Source: Spirochaetia bacterium
Lineage (GTDB): Bacteria; Spirochaetota; Spirochaetia; SZUA-6; Bin103
Reading direction: 5' to 3'
DNA length: 64,000 bases
Assembly (NCBI GenBank): GCA_965199955.1
Contig: CBDATQ010000001.1
Location: 64,001 to 128,000 of the forward strand
A program made the position numbers and the translations under genes. Each line of letters opens with the position of its first letter. Positions within the stretch are counted from its first letter, which is position 1. The notes under the pieces are model-generated. The model saw nothing but the letters and a program-made list of their open reading frames with translations. It was not told the DNA's origin and ran no database searches. Below are positions 38,673 through 49,288 of this stretch, one piece after another.

Positions 38673-38915
38673 ATGAAGAACGTGACCGTATCTCTTCCCG
38701 AAGACACGGCTCGATGGGTCCGGGTCGAGGCGGCCAAGGCCGATCGCAGCGTGTCCGCGTGGCTGGCCGACCTGCTGAATGACACGAAGTGCCGCAGCGA
38801 TGACTACGACGCCGCGATGGAGCGGTGTCTGGCGATCAGGCCGCGCAAGCTGGCGTGGGTCGACGGCCGCAAGCCCGTCCGCGAGGAGTTGCATGACCGC
38901 GCCGGTCTTCGTTGA
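38673..38915 (+). CDS. Ribbon-helix-helix (VapB-like) antitoxin
   Basis: MKNVTVSLPEDTARWVRVEAAKADRSVSAWL...REELHDR; promoter TGGACA-17-TATTTT 6 nt upstream. Confidence 0.82.
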   Translation: MKNVTVSLPEDTARWVRVEAAKADRSVSAWLADLLNDTKCRSDDYDAAMERCLAIRPRKLAWVDGRKPVREELHDRAGLR

Positions 38916-39357
38916 TACCAACGTCCTGGTCTACCGTCATGACGGCACGGATCCGGTCAAGCAGGCGCGTGCCGAAGAATGGTACGAGTTCCTTTGGCGA
39001 CTGCGGCTGGGCCGTCTCAGCTTCCAGGTGCTGCAGGAACTGTACGCCACGCTTAGCCGCAAGCTGGTGCCGCAATTCGACGCGTGGGAAGCCCGTGCTC
39101 TGGTCCGCGACCTCGCCGCGTGGCAGCCGGTTGCCGCGGATCTCGCCCTGCTGGAGCGCGCCTGGCGCCTGGAGGCACGCTACTCGCTGTCGTGGTGGGA
39201 CGCCATGATCGTCGCCGCCGCGCAGGCCGGCGGCTGCCGGGCCCTGCTGACGGAGGACCTCCAGCATGGGCAGATGTTCGGGGAGGTACAGGTGATCGAC
39301 CCGTTCGCGTCGCCCGAGCGGCCGCCGGCGGAGTTGCTTGCCGCTTCGGGAGCGTGA
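38893..39357 (+). CDS. PIN-domain (VapC) toxin
   Basis: VFVDTNVLVY, SFQVLQE, SWWDAMIVAAA, LLTEDLQHG. Confidence 0.9.
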   Translation: MTAPVFVDTNVLVYRHDGTDPVKQARAEEWYEFLWRLRLGRLSFQVLQELYATLSRKLVPQFDAWEARALVRDLAAWQPVAADLALLERAWRLEARYSLSWWDAMIVAAAQAGGCRALLTEDLQHGQMFGEVQVIDPFASPERPPAELLAASGA

Positions 39358-39428
39358 CGCTCCCGCGCGATCGATGAGCGGCGGCATGCGCCGCGTCGAC
39401 TTCGGTTCGAGCGAGTTCAGACACTTCA

Positions 39429-40483
<1,055 letters not shown>

Positions 40484-40487
<4 letters not shown>

Positions 40488-41536
40488 GGCTGTCCCGCCG
40501 CGGCGCCGGCCGAGCCCGCCGTTCTCATCGGCCGGAAGTCCGAGTAGCGGTAACATGCCGCCTCGTGTCCGGGCCAGAACGCGTGCAGCGGCGGCTCCTC
40601 GGTCCCGCAGATCTCCTGCGCGTACGGACAGCGCGGATGGAACCGGCACCCCTCCGGCATGGCGTGCGGGCTCGGCACCACGCCCTCGATCGCAATCAGC
40701 TCATCGCGCTCTTCGGCGGGGTTCGGCAGCGATCCCAGGAGGCCCTCCGTATACGGATGGCGGCCCTCGCGGAACAGGGTGACCACGTCGGCCCGCTCCA
40801 CGATCTTGCCGGCGTACATCACCACCACCTGTTGCACCATCTCGGCGACCACGCCCAGGTCGTGGGTGATCAGGACGATCGCCATGCCGAGCTCCGCGCG
40901 GAGCTGGCGCATCAGGTCCAGGACCTGCGCCTGGATCGTGGTGTCCAGCGCGGTCGACGGCTCGTCCGCGATCAGTATCTTCGGGTGGCACGACAGCGCC
41001 ATGGCGATCATCACCCGCTGCCGCATGCCGCCGCTCATCTCGTGCGGGTAGTCGCGCACCCGCTTCTCCGGGGCCGGTATGCCGACCAGCTCCAGCATCT
41101 CCACGGCGCGGCCGTACGCCTCGCGCTTGCGAAGGCGCTGGTGCCGGATGATGTTCTCGGCGATCTGGAAGCCGACGCTGAACACCGGGTTCAGGCTCGA
41201 CATCGGCTCCTGGAAGATCATCGAGATCTCGTTGCCGCGGATCTCGCGCATGCGCGCCTCCGGGAAGCGCAGCAGGTCCTGCCCCTCGAACAGGATGCGG
41301 CCGCTCTCGATGCGGCCGGGCGGCGAGGCCACCAGCCGCAGCACCGTCAGCGCCGTAACGGACTTGCCGCAGCCGGATTCGCCGACGATGCCGAGCGTGC
41401 CGCCGGCCGGCAGGTCGAAGCTCACCCCGTCCACGGCCGGCACCACGCCATCCTCGGTGTCGAAGTAGGTGCGCAGGTCGCGCACCGAAAGCAGCGGCGC
41501 GACAACGGTGCCCGTGTCCTGACTCACCTCAGGCAC
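40484..41536 (-). CDS. Oligopeptide/dipeptide ABC transporter ATP-binding protein (OppD/AppD)
   Basis: [39 protein letters not shown]; start GTG 41536 estimated. Confidence 0.92.
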
Positions 41537-41562
41537 GCTACCGATTCGTTCACGACAGTTGT

Positions 41563-41648
41563 TGCTGCGGAAAGGACTTGAACCTTCACGGGATATAACT
41601 CCCACTAGCCCCTCAAGCTAGCGTGTCTACCAATTCCACCACCGCAGC
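41563..41648 (-). tRNA. tRNA-Leu(GAG), CCA not encoded
   Basis: GCTGCGG acceptor stem pairing with CCGCAGC, D-arm GTGGAATTGGTAGACAC, anticodon arm CTAGC-TTGAGGG-GCTAG, long variable arm, GGTTCAAGTCC T-arm. Confidence 0.95.
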
Positions 41649-41670
41649 GTTCGGGCTCGGGTGGGACCGC

Positions 41671-41700
41671 ACTATAGGAAACCGGGTTTCCCGGCGTCAA
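41671..41700 (-). promoter_or_regulatory. Sigma70 promoter of tRNA-Leu
   Basis: TTGACG-18 nt-TATAGT followed by a GC-rich discriminator. Confidence 0.7.
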
Positions 41701-41801
41701 TCTTCCGTGCGTCCGGGGTTGCCGGGGGAGTGCGTCTTTCGGTAGGTTACGCGCTTCTCCGCGCTCCGCCGGGAGCATTCCACCGGGATTTGGAGGCAGA
41801 C

Positions 41802-42731
41802 ATGAGACTGCTCGGACGTTCCTTGCTCACCCTGCACGACCTTTCCCCCGACGAGCTCAGGGGGCTCCTGGACCTGTCCGCCGTCGTCAAGCGGCAGCGC
41901 CGCTCGGGAGAGCGGCACCAGCGATTCGCCGGACTGGCGCTGGCGATGCTGTACGAGAAGCCGTCCACCCGCACCCGCTCCGCCTTCGCGACCGCGTTCG
42001 GGGAAGAGGGCGGCATTCCGGTCGTGATGAACCGCGACGAGCTTCAGCTCGGCGCCAAGGAGTCGATCGAGGACACCGCGCGCGTGTTCGGCCGCATGTA
42101 CGACGCCATCCAGTACCGCGGCTACGCCCAGGAGACGGTCGAGACCCTGGCCCGGTACGCCGGCATCCCGGTGTACAATGGGCTCACCGACAGCCGGCAC
42201 CCCACCCAGGTGCTGGCCGACCTGCTCACCATCCGCGAGCACTACGGCGCTCTCGACGGCGTGTCGCTGGCCTACGTGGGCGACGCGCGCAACAACGTCG
42301 CCACCTCGCTCATGGTTGGCTGTTCCATGGCCGGCGTCGGCTGCACGCTGGTGGCGCCGAGCGAGCTGCAGCCGGCTCCGGAGCTGGTAGCGGCCTGCCG
42401 CAACGGATCGGCCGCGTCCCTCACGGTAAGCGCCGACCTGGAGGCCGTGGACGGGGCCGACATCGTCTACACCGACGTGTGGGCGTCCATGGGCGAGGAG
42501 GACCGCGAGGCGGAGCGCCTGCAGCTCCTGGCCGGCTACCAGGTCAATGACGCGCTGATGGGGCGGGCGGCCGACACCGCGATCTTCATGCACGACCTGC
42601 CGGCGGTGAAGGGCAACGAGGTCACCTACAGCGTTTTCGAGTCCTCCCGCTCGATGGTCTGGGAGCAGGCGGAGAACCGCAAGCACACGGCCAAGGCGCT
42701 GATGCTGGCGACGCTGGTCGGCGAAGAGTGA
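41802..42731 (+). CDS. argF: Ornithine carbamoyltransferase
   Basis: EKPSTRT, KESIEDTAR, NGLTD..HPTQ, YVGDARNN, TDVWASMG, MHDLPA, QAENRKH. Confidence 0.88.
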   Translation: MRLLGRSLLTLHDLSPDELRGLLDLSAVVKRQRRSGERHQRFAGLALAMLYEKPSTRTRSAFATAFGEEGGIPVVMNRDELQLGAKESIEDTARVFGRMYDAIQYRGYAQETVETLARYAGIPVYNGLTDSRHPTQVLADLLTIREHYGALDGVSLAYVGDARNNVATSLMVGCSMAGVGCTLVAPSELQPAPELVAACRNGSAASLTVSADLEAVDGADIVYTDVWASMGEEDREAERLQLLAGYQVNDALMGRAADTAIFMHDLPAVKGNEVTYSVFESSRSMVWEQAENRKHTAKALMLATLVGEE

Positions 42732-43930
42732 GCGAAGCGAACCTCACTCGCAGAGTGAGCGGCCGGCTCGACCAGGCGCGCGCCGCGGTGCGCCGCTCCG
42801 GCTGCGCCGGCTGGCTGTTCTACAACGTCTACCACCGCGACCAAGTCGCCTACGCGGTGCTCGGAATCGGCGCCGGTGCCAGCAACAGCCGGCCGTGGTT
42901 GGCGGTGGTGCCGGCCGACGGCCCCGTGATCAAGCTCGTCCACGAGATCGAAGCCGGCGTCCTGGATCACGTGGGTGGCACGACGCACCGCTACGCGTCG
43001 CGCTTACGCTTCGCGGAGCTGCTCGGCGGCATCGCTCCGCCGGGCAGCGTTCTGGCCGCACAGTGCTCGGCCACCCTGCCGCGCCTGTCCACGCTCGACC
43101 ACGGCACCGCTTGCCTGCTGGAGCGGGCCGGCTTCACCCTGCAACCCTCCGATGACCTGGTGCAGTGGACGCTGGGCGGCCTGAGCGGCGCCCAGCTCGC
43201 CAGCCACGACCGCGCTGCGGAGGCGCTGCACGACATCGTCGCCGATTCCTGGCAGCGCATCGCGCGGGCCTGCGCCGCCGGGCGGGCCGTGACCGAAGGG
43301 GCCGTCCGCGACGGCATACTGGCCGCGTTCGAGGAGCGCGGCCTGGTCACCGATCACGAGCCGATCACCGCCTTCGGAGCGCATTCGGCCGATCCCCACT
43401 ACAGCGCGTCCGGCGCCGGAGCGGCGCTCGCGCCGGGCCAGGTGGTGCAACTCGACCTGTGGTGCAAGGAGCCCGCGCCGGAAGCGGTCTATGCCGACAT
43501 CTCCTGGGTCGGTGTGGCCGCGAGGCAGCCGACCGCACGACAACGGGATGCCTTCGCCGCGGTGCTCGCCGCCCGCGAACGCGCGGTGACGTTCCTGGCC
43601 GACGCAGCGGAGGCGGGCCGCACGGTGTCGGGCAGCGAAGTCGACCGCGCCTGCCGCCAGGAATTGGCCGAGCGCAATCTGCTGTCCGCGGTGCGGCACC
43701 GCACCGGCCACAGCATCGACACCGACCTGCACGGCTCCGGGGTGAACCTCGACTCGTTCGAGTTTCCGGACGAGCGCCCGGTCACCGAGGGCGCCTGCTT
43801 CTCGGTCGAGCCCGGCGTCTATTTCCCCGGCGAGTTCGGCATGCGCACCGAGATCGACGTATCCATACGGTGCGGCCGGCCGGTGGCATCCGGTGGCCCT
43901 GCCCAGGAGGCCCTGCTATCGTTGCCGTAG
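42728..43930 (+). CDS. M24-family (Xaa-Pro) aminopeptidase
   Basis: ADPHY, LDLW, YADISW, HRTGHSID, FSVEPGVY, RTEID. Confidence 0.87.
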   Translation: MSEANLTRRVSGRLDQARAAVRRSGCAGWLFYNVYHRDQVAYAVLGIGAGASNSRPWLAVVPADGPVIKLVHEIEAGVLDHVGGTTHRYASRLRFAELLGGIAPPGSVLAAQCSATLPRLSTLDHGTACLLERAGFTLQPSDDLVQWTLGGLSGAQLASHDRAAEALHDIVADSWQRIARACAAGRAVTEGAVRDGILAAFEERGLVTDHEPITAFGAHSADPHYSASGAGAALAPGQVVQLDLWCKEPAPEAVYADISWVGVAARQPTARQRDAFAAVLAARERAVTFLADAAEAGRTVSGSEVDRACRQELAERNLLSAVRHRTGHSIDTDLHGSGVNLDSFEFPDERPVTEGACFSVEPGVYFPGEFGMRTEIDVSIRCGRPVASGGPAQEALLSLP

Positions 43931-43985
43931 CGTCCGCGGCCCTCTGGTTGCACTGCGCCCCGCCGCCGGCGTACTTCTTGCGCCC

Positions 43986-44987
43986 GTGACCGATTGCTAT
44001 CCGTTCGAGGTCCCGCCGGCCATCGAACGCTTTCTCTCAGCGCACGACACCTACCTCCTCCTCGGCCACCAGGATCCCGACGGCGACTGCCTGGCCTCGC
44101 CGCTGGCGCTCGCCAGCTTCCTGCGGCGCCGCGGCAAGCAGGCGCGCACCTTCTGCGAAGGTCCGTTCACCCGGCCGGAGATCGCCTCGTTCGCGCCGCG
44201 GTTCGCCCCCGGCGTGACCCCGCAGGACCGCTCCGGCGACGCGGCCGCCATCGTCCTGGACTGCTCGACCGCCGACCGCACGGGCGAGCCCGGAAAGGGC
44301 ATCGCGGGTCTGCCGACGCTGGTGATCGACCATCACGCGGCCGGCGAACCGTTCGGCGACGAGCGCCTGATCGTGCCGACGGTTCCCGCCACCGCGTTGC
44401 TCGTGCAGGGCCTGATCGAGCTGCTGGGCGACCGGCCGACGAAGGAGGAGGCCGACCTGCTGCTGTTCGCGACCTGCACCGATACCGGCTTCTTCCGTCA
44501 CCTGCGCAACGACACCGGCTACGTGTTCCGCGCCGTCGCGCGCCTGGTGGACGCCGGCGCCAGCACCGAGGCCGCCTACTCGGGCATGTTCGGCGCGCGC
44601 CCGTTCGAACGTCGCGTGATGCTCGGCCGCATGCTGGCCCGCTCCCAGCGTCTCTACGACGGGCTGCTCCTGTACACGGCGAAGTACGCGAGCGACCGGG
44701 CGGAGATCGGCGAGGCCGGGCGCGGCGACGACGACCTGTATTCGCTGCTGCAGACGGTCGCCGGCGCCGAAGCGCTGCTGGTCGTGCGCGAGGAGAGTCC
44801 GGGCGAATGCTCGGTGAGCATGCGGTCGACCACCGCTGTCGACGTCGGCTCGTGCGCGCACGAGCTGGGCGGGGGCGGTCATCCACAGGCGGCCGGATGC
44901 TCCTTTAGCGGCACCGTCGAGCAGGCCAGGCAGGCCGCGCTGGCGGTGCTGGCTCCCCAGATCGAACGGCTACAGCGACAGCGATAG
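43986..44987 (+). CDS. nrnA: DHH/DHHA1 phosphoesterase (NrnA-like)
   Basis: HQDPDGDC, VLDCS, VIDHH, TDTGFF, GGGGHPQAAG; start GTG 43986 estimated. Confidence 0.87.
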   Translation: MTDCYPFEVPPAIERFLSAHDTYLLLGHQDPDGDCLASPLALASFLRRRGKQARTFCEGPFTRPEIASFAPRFAPGVTPQDRSGDAAAIVLDCSTADRTGEPGKGIAGLPTLVIDHHAAGEPFGDERLIVPTVPATALLVQGLIELLGDRPTKEEADLLLFATCTDTGFFRHLRNDTGYVFRAVARLVDAGASTEAAYSGMFGARPFERRVMLGRMLARSQRLYDGLLLYTAKYASDRAEIGEAGRGDDDLYSLLQTVAGAEALLVVREESPGECSVSMRSTTAVDVGSCAHELGGGGHPQAAGCSFSGTVEQARQAALAVLAPQIERLQRQR

Positions 44988-45128
44988 CGACGTTCCCGCG
45001 GGCTCGGACGCTGGAGGAGCGCCCGTCGCCCATTTGAGTAAACACGGGTAAGGGGCGCGCCGAGGCGGCCCATCAACGGCCTCTCCGGCAGCCTGATCCT
45101 GGCACGCTTCCTGTTTCTCCTGGTCTTC

Positions 45129-46025
45129 ATGACGAAGTCAGTGACCAGGACCCTCGATGATCCGATGAAGCCGGCGGTGCTGCGCTACCAGCGCACCGGC
45201 GCCGGGCGGCGCGAACTGCTCAACCGGATCGGCGCATACGCCTACCGCTTTCCCCTCTGGCAGGGCGGACCGGTGGACGACGACGATTGCGGCGATTTCT
45301 ATCTGTACTGCCGGCCACGCCTGCAGGATTTGATCGACCGCTTCCAGGACCAGGGGCGGCCGTTCGAAGCGTACCTCAAGTCGGTCCTGACCTGGCAACT
45401 CCGCAGCTACTACCGCGCGAAGAGCCGCCGGGATGCCGCGTGGCGGCTCGCCGGTACCCCGCCGTTCTGGGATCCGGATGCGGCCGAGCTCAGTTCCGGC
45501 GCAGCCGACGGGCGCGCACGCCGGGCTCCCGCTGCTGCGCCGGCCACGCTGCCGGCCACGCTGGCTGCCGCAAAGGCCACGACGGCGGCGACCGGCAACC
45601 CGGCCGTGCGCAGGCGGTTTCTGTTCGCGGTGCTCAAGAACTGCCTGCGGATGCACGACACGCACGTGCCTGCCTGGGCCAGCCTGTGCGGCCGTGACGA
45701 TCTGCAGGCGCTGATCGGGGTGGCGCGCCGGGCGAGCAGGGCGTCGCAGCTCCGCTGGACCAAGCTCACCCAGCGGATCAATCACGCCTTCGCCATGGCG
45801 CGGCTCATCGAGGGACAGCTCCGCGAAGAGTCCGACGCGGACCGGCGGCGGCTCCTGGAGCATCGGCTGCAGCGTGCGCGCCGGACGGCAACCAACGCCA
45901 GGGCGGAGCTCGGGGCGGTGCGGCTGGGGCCGAGCAACCGGCAGATCGCCGAGCTCCTCGGGATCCCCAAGGGGACAGTGGACACCGGGCTGTTCTGGTT
46001 GAAGCACCGTTTCTCCCCGCGGTAG
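45129..46025 (+). CDS. Hypothetical sigma-factor-like protein (region-2-like N-terminus, region-4 HTH C-terminus)
   Basis: DDDCGDFYLY...DRF....PFEAYL and SNRQIAELLGIPKGTVDTGL; start may be ATG 45165. Confidence 0.55.
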   Translation: MTKSVTRTLDDPMKPAVLRYQRTGAGRRELLNRIGAYAYRFPLWQGGPVDDDDCGDFYLYCRPRLQDLIDRFQDQGRPFEAYLKSVLTWQLRSYYRAKSRRDAAWRLAGTPPFWDPDAAELSSGAADGRARRAPAAAPATLPATLAAAKATTAATGNPAVRRRFLFAVLKNCLRMHDTHVPAWASLCGRDDLQALIGVARRASRASQLRWTKLTQRINHAFAMARLIEGQLREESDADRRRLLEHRLQRARRTATNARAELGAVRLGPSNRQIAELLGIPKGTVDTGLFWLKHRFSPR

Positions 46026-46037
46026 CCTGCAGGTCAC

Positions 46038-46643
46038 TTGACGCTGCTACTGGCCAGCACCAACGCCGGGAAGGTCCGCGAGTTTCGCCGCGTGTTGCCG
46101 GAGGTGCAGGTGCTGACCCCCGCCGACCGCGGGCTGCCCTTCGCCTACGACGAACGGGGCGCCACCTTCCTCGACAACGCGCTCGGCAAGGCGCGCCATC
46201 TGTTCGCGATGACAGGCGCGGCCGCGGTGGCCGACGACTCCGGGCTGGTCGTACCGGCGCTCGGCGGCGCGCCGGGCGTGCGTTCCGCGCGCTACGGCGG
46301 CGACCTCACCCAGGAGCGGCGCAACCTCCTGTTGCTGGACGCTCTTGCTGGCGCGGCCGACCGTTCCGCGAGGTTCGTGTGCTGCGTTGCGGTGATGCTG
46401 GCCGATCACCGGCTTCTGGTCGCCCAGGAAACGGTGGAGGGCAGCATCATCTCCGCCCCGCGGGGCGCGGGCGGGTTCGGCTACGATCCGATCTTCCGGC
46501 CTCTTGGCGCCGGGAAGACCTTTGCCGAGATGGACGGCGCCGCCAAGGACGCGATCTCGCACCGCGGCCGGGCCCTGCGCCGGCTGCGCGCGGTGCTGCT
46601 GGATTCGATGAGCCATGCGGAACGGGCCGGGCGCCAAGGCTAG
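46038..46643 (+). CDS. rdgB: Non-canonical purine NTP pyrophosphatase (RdgB/HAM1)
   Basis: ASTNAGKVREF, ADDSGL, PGVRSARY, GFGYDPIF, ISHRGRA. Confidence 0.93.
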   Translation: MTLLLASTNAGKVREFRRVLPEVQVLTPADRGLPFAYDERGATFLDNALGKARHLFAMTGAAAVADDSGLVVPALGGAPGVRSARYGGDLTQERRNLLLLDALAGAADRSARFVCCVAVMLADHRLLVAQETVEGSIISAPRGAGGFGYDPIFRPLGAGKTFAEMDGAAKDAISHRGRALRRLRAVLLDSMSHAERAGRQG

Positions 46644-48018
46644 GCAGGGCGGGCGCGACCAGCGCCTGTTCGTTTGCACCTCGTGCGAGAGGCGTGAGCC
46701 CAAGTGGCTGGGGCGCTGCCCCAACTGCGGTGAGTGGAACAGCTTCCGCGAGATCGACGGCGGTTCTGCCGCCTCCGCCTCGGCTGCCGGCGAGGCACCG
46801 CTGGCGGTACCACTGGCCTCGATCGAAGCCGATCCCGGGCTCCGCGTCGCCTCCGGCAACGGCGAGCTGGACCGCGTTCTCGGAGGCGGGTTCATGCGCG
46901 GCTCGACCACGCTGATCGGCGGCGAGCCCGGGGTCGGCAAGTCCACACTGCTCCTGCAGGTCGCCGCGAAGCTGCAGACCGCCGGACGGGTGCTCTACGT
47001 CAGCGCCGAGGAATCGGCCGAGCACCTGCGGCTGCGCGCCGACCGGCTGCTGCTGCAGGCGCCGAGGCTGGAGGTCTGGGCGGGAGCGGAGCTGGGCGAG
47101 CTGTTGCGGCTGCTGGACACCGCCCGGCCGGCGGCGGTCATCGTCGACTCGCTGCAGGCCCTGACCGCCGCGGGCTCTTCCTCCCAGCCGGGCGCCGTGA
47201 ACCAGATCAAGGAGATCTGCGACGCGCTGACCGGCTGGACGCACGCGCGCAACGCGATCACGGTGCTGGTAGCGCACGTCACCAAGGAAGGCGGCATCGC
47301 CGGCCCCAAGGCGATCGAGCACATGGTGGACGTCGTCCTCTCCTTCGAGACCGGCAGCGCGGAGCTGCGCTTTCTGCGCGCGTCGAAGAACCGTTTCGGC
47401 CCGGTCGAAGAGGTGGCGCTCTTCGAGATGACCGGCCGCGGCCTGCGGCAGCTTGCCGATCCGGAGTCACGGTTCGTCGAGCATACGGGCACCGGCCGGC
47501 CGCCGCCCGGCGTGGCGATCGCCGCGATCTATGAAGGCTCACGCGTGCTGTGCGTCGAGGTACAGGCGCTCGCCGTGCCCGCGCAGCGCGCGAGCCCGCG
47601 CATCGTCTCCGACCGCATCGACGGCGGGCGGGTGGCTCGCATCGCCGCCGTGCTGCAGCGCTCGGTGCAGGTGCCGTTCCTTGACCGCGACATCTACATG
47701 AACGTCGCCGGCGGTCTGCGGCTGCGCGACGTGGCGGCCGACCTGCCGATCGCGCTGGCGCTGTACGGTGCACGCACCGAGCTCACCCCGGCCGCGACCC
47801 TCGCGGCCTTCGGCGAGATCACGCTGGCGGGGCAGATCCGGCGCGCGGTGGGCACCGAACGGCGCCTGCGGGCGGCCGCCGGCCTCGGCATCACCACCGT
47901 GCTCGCTCCGGGGCCGCTCCCCGCCGATCACGCATCCGGTTCGCGGGCGGTCGCCGACGTGCGCCAGGCCGTGCGGGCGGCCATGGTTCCGGCGGGCGCG
48001 GCCGCGGGAGGCGCGTAG
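46615..48018 (+). CDS. radA: DNA repair protein RadA/Sms
   Basis: C4 zinc finger CTSC...CPNC, GEPGVGKST, DSLQ, HVTKEG, KNRFG. Confidence 0.93.
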   Translation: MRNGPGAKARQGGRDQRLFVCTSCERREPKWLGRCPNCGEWNSFREIDGGSAASASAAGEAPLAVPLASIEADPGLRVASGNGELDRVLGGGFMRGSTTLIGGEPGVGKSTLLLQVAAKLQTAGRVLYVSAEESAEHLRLRADRLLLQAPRLEVWAGAELGELLRLLDTARPAAVIVDSLQALTAAGSSSQPGAVNQIKEICDALTGWTHARNAITVLVAHVTKEGGIAGPKAIEHMVDVVLSFETGSAELRFLRASKNRFGPVEEVALFEMTGRGLRQLADPESRFVEHTGTGRPPPGVAIAAIYEGSRVLCVEVQALAVPAQRASPRIVSDRIDGGRVARIAAVLQRSVQVPFLDRDIYMNVAGGLRLRDVAADLPIALALYGARTELTPAATLAAFGEITLAGQIRRAVGTERRLRAAAGLGITTVLAPGPLPADHASGSRAVADVRQAVRAAMVPAGAAAGGA

Positions 48019-48024
48019 GCGGCC

Positions 48025-49221
48025 TTAGCGGAACAGGAGCGTTCCCAGCAACGGAAGGCCGATAAAGGTGCCCGCCGCGCTCCCCAGGGTGGCGCCCAGG
48101 AATACCACCAGCGCGTGGCTGATGCGGTTTCGGAAGAAGCCGCGGACGCTCATCAGGTCGTCCTGCAGCGACTCGAAATCGCTGACGCGCGGTTTGCGGA
48201 CCAAGGCCTCCACCGCGCCGCTGACGAACCCCACGCCGATGGTCGGGTTCATCGACGTGATGGGCGCCGCCAGGAACGAGACGATCACCGTGACCGGGTG
48301 CGCCAGGGCGACCAGCGCCCCCAGGGAAGCGAGCGATCCGTTGATCAGGACCCACCGGCCGAGCATCGTCAGCGTCAGATCGATGCCCGAACGCGCGAAG
48401 CCGACACCGATCACCGCGGCGACGATGGCCGGCACCAGCCACGGCAGGATCCGGCCGACTGTCGAGCGCGGCGGCGGCGCGCCGAGCTCATCGGTGTCGG
48501 GCAGTTCGCCGCCGGCGTCGATCTCCTGCAACGCGCGTACGACCCCGGCCTTGTGGCCGGCGCCCAGCACGGCGACGACCGGCCCGCCGCCCGGACCGGC
48601 GGCGCGGGCCGCCTGCGAGATGCGGGCAGCCAGGTAGCGGTCGCGCTCGTCGATCAGCACCGCTTTGGCCTTCGGCAGGTACTCGGCAAGCTCGGAGATC
48701 ATGCTGGTGAGCGCGCCGTCGGTCTTCAGCCGCTCGATCTCCTGCGGGTCGGGCTTCTCGGAGCTGAACGCGGTGACCAGGAGCGCCGACAGCAGCTTCG
48801 AGCGGCCCCACAGCCCGCTCTGCGACCACGCTCGCCGCAGAGTCACCTGGACATCCCGGTCGCAGAGCTCCACACGCGCTCCGGCCGCCTCGGCCTCCTC
48901 CACCGCCGCCAGCATCTCCGCGCCCGGCCGCACCTGGGCGTCCATGCCCATGCGCCGCTGGAACGCCGCCAGCACCATGTTGGCCAGCAGCAGGAACCCG
49001 CGCCGGCTGCGCAGCACGGAGCGGATGTCCAGATCCCGCCACGCATCCGGCTTGGTGAGCGTCTGGTAGCGCGCCTGGTCCAGCTCTACGCAGACCACCT
49101 CCGGCCTCTCGCGTTCGAGAAGCGCGCGCACGTCCTCGACGCTCCGTTGCGAGACGTGCGCGGTTCCCAGGATGACAATCTGCCGCCCGCCGAACGCCAC
49201 GCGCTCGAGCGGCGGCGTCAC
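48025..49221 (-). CDS. TraB/GumN (pheromone shutdown-like) family protein
   Basis: ILGTAHVS, VCVELD, DRDVQVTLRRAW, LIDERD, GAGH, C-terminal TM helices. Confidence 0.88.
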   Translation of the reverse strand: MTPPLERVAFGGRQIVILGTAHVSQRSVEDVRALLERERPEVVCVELDQARYQTLTKPDAWRDLDIRSVLRSRRGFLLLANMVLAAFQRRMGMDAQVRPGAEMLAAVEEAEAAGARVELCDRDVQVTLRRAWSQSGLWGRSKLLSALLVTAFSSEKPDPQEIERLKTDGALTSMISELAEYLPKAKAVLIDERDRYLAARISQAARAAGPGGGPVVAVLGAGHKAGVVRALQEIDAGGELPDTDELGAPPPRSTVGRILPWLVPAIVAAVIGVGFARSGIDLTLTMLGRWVLINGSLASLGALVALAHPVTVIVSFLAAPITSMNPTIGVGFVSGAVEALVRKPRVSDFESLQDDLMSVRGFFRNRISHALVVFLGATLGSAAGTFIGLPLLGTLLFR

Positions 49222-49288
49222 GACGGCGGGGGGCGCATCGGCGAAGCCGTCCGCCCGCTGCTGCTCGTCGGCGGCCTCCGGCGCCGCG

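Noticed and set aside
44990..45100. Possible structured ncRNA between nrnA and the sigma-like gene
   Set aside because: GC-rich pairing is possible but no recognisable family motif; needs an Infernal/Rfam search
48025..49221. TraB as evidence of conjugation
   Set aside because: It belongs to the chromosomal TraB/GumN family, and no conjugation genes are nearby
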